Source of the DNA: Psammoneis japonica
Taxonomy: Eukaryota
Assembly: GCA_008632985.1 (NCBI GenBank)
Contig: QPGO01000026.1
Coordinates: forward strand, 310,001 to 374,000
Length of the DNA stretch: 64,000 nt
Reading direction: 5' to 3'
The notes under the pieces: generated by a model
Told to the model about the DNA's origin: nothing
The model's input: only the letters and a program-made list of their open reading frames with translations
Database searches by the model: none
In this document: in pieces, positions 62,628 through 64,000 of the stretch
Position numbering within the stretch: position 1 is the first letter of the stretch
Layout of the letters: every line of letters begins with the position of its first letter
Position numbers and translations under genes: made by a program

Positions 62628-64000
62628 ACACATGTTGGGATGATCTGGCAGGCACAAATGGCAAAAACCACTTGGCAAGCATTGTCAGATGTTCCAGAGG
62701 ACAGCACCCATTCTCTTGGCACATTGCAAAAAGGTTGAAAGACAGAAAATCAAAGCTCGCACTGTGCAGCAAACCACCGCCACTTGTGACTGCACTGGTG
62801 CAGTGAGAACACAATCATTGTGAACAGGGAGACAGAAAGAAACCAAGAAGACATGCAAGAAAGAGCTTGTGGACAATCCTTCCATGCCCTCTTTCAAACC
62901 CACCAGATGGGTCTGAGCCATTTGGAGTTGCAGGAGAGTGCCAACCTGTGAATTTGCCACTGGCAAATGTGAGCAGACTGGCTCAAAATGCAGCCATGTT
63001 GGAATTGGCAGCTGACAGGTGACACTTCCAAATGCCTGATCCTCCACACTGCAAATGAGATTCACTCTGAACAAGCATTCATTGCTCTGAACAAAAAACA
63101 AACACAGCATTTTGCTTCATTTGCAAGTGCAGAAAAATTGGTCAGAGCATCGCTCTGTTCAAGCCAGAGTCAGAGTGACATGCTTTGTTTCAAGACAATC
63201 ACAGCAACATAAAAAGTGTTGCTCTGTTTGACTGAAATCAGAGGATGCCTCTGACCAAGTCCCTTTTTTCAGAGCCAATGCTCCAAGTGATTTCAGCCTC
63301 ATGGGACCTTGATGAAAATGCAATGTGCAAATTGTCATTGGCACACCAACACAACACACATGCACATGCACTCATCCACATCATGTGTGACATGGGCATT
63401 TGCATTGCAACATGCAGAAAGGCACCAAAATTGCAACGTTCAAGATTTGCAGAGCTGTGCCAAATGACGAGTGCATGAAAACACATTGTTTCTCCCCACA
63501 AACAAGTCAAGGGGAGCGCAAATGAGTGCTCCAAACACTTTTTTGTGTGAAATGTTCAAGTTTCCATCATCTGGGAGAGGGTTCAAGTTGGCAAGGTGAT
63601 TTTGGCAATTTGTGCAGAAAACACACCAAGTTCCACACAACACAAAATCTGGCCCAAATTTGCACCTGCACCACCTTGAGAATGGCGCAGGGTGGGTGGA
63701 TGTTCAAAAACTTCGAGCGCGGACAGATGCAAATGTGCTACAAACTTGGTCATTCATTTGACATTGTGACAAATGCATCCATTGATCAAACTCTTGTGCT
63801 GCGGAGCTCCCACGCAGAACTGTGCGGGCCCAACATCACATGGAGTCCCACCTGTTGCTGGAGAGCATGTTCCCACCAAAGAGTTTGAATGAAAAACAAT
63901 GGCAAACTCTGGCATTTAACATGGAAATCTGCTGGAGTCAGAAGTAAAACACAGTGCAATGCTCTTTTGTGCTGCAGCAAAGGTGGCCATTTCCGGGTTC

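Larger units (their letters stand above)
57000..64000. other. TpA-depleted repeat domain 4 (continues beyond the window)
   Basis: Same composition as domains 1-3. Confidence 0.88.

Noticed and set aside
5960..64000. Alternative genetic code or foreign (viral/bacterial) DNA as the cause of Tyr-free ORFs
   Set aside because: TA loss is frame-independent, affects non-coding TIRs and TSDs and unrelated elements, and switches off partway through single elements.
5960..64000. Classical RIP or simple CpG deamination as the full explanation
   Set aside because: RIP creates TpA. CpG decay is present but cannot convert TA TSDs or Tyr codons to TG/CA.

Overview
This is eukaryotic DNA, most likely from a diatom. 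The evidence is short GT-AG introns, a signal peptide plus 'AF' plastid-type presequence, and diatom-style LINE and Copia remnants. Islands of ordinary host genes alternate with repeat domains at roughly 5.96-25.9, 31.3-36.3, 43.2-54.8 and 57-64 kb. The host genes are a selenocysteine glutathione peroxidase, a La-motif + DEDDy exonuclease, an SBP-like zinc finger, a plastid-targeted protein, ferroportin, an LRR protein, an AKT-type K+ channel, a HET-like protein and a Fic protein. The main signal is that the repeat domains have almost no TpA dinucleotides. Paired repeat copies, transposon TIRs and TSDs, and conserved Tyr codons show that TA was converted by transitions to TG or CA (A>G on either strand). 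The effect depends on position, relatively spares YTAR contexts, and appears to run ahead of CpG decay. It looks like a repeat-directed TpA hypermutation process, opposite in direction to fungal RIP, and I cannot match it to a described mechanism. A modified-base sequencing artefact must still be excluded. All counts are manual, and no database searches were run.
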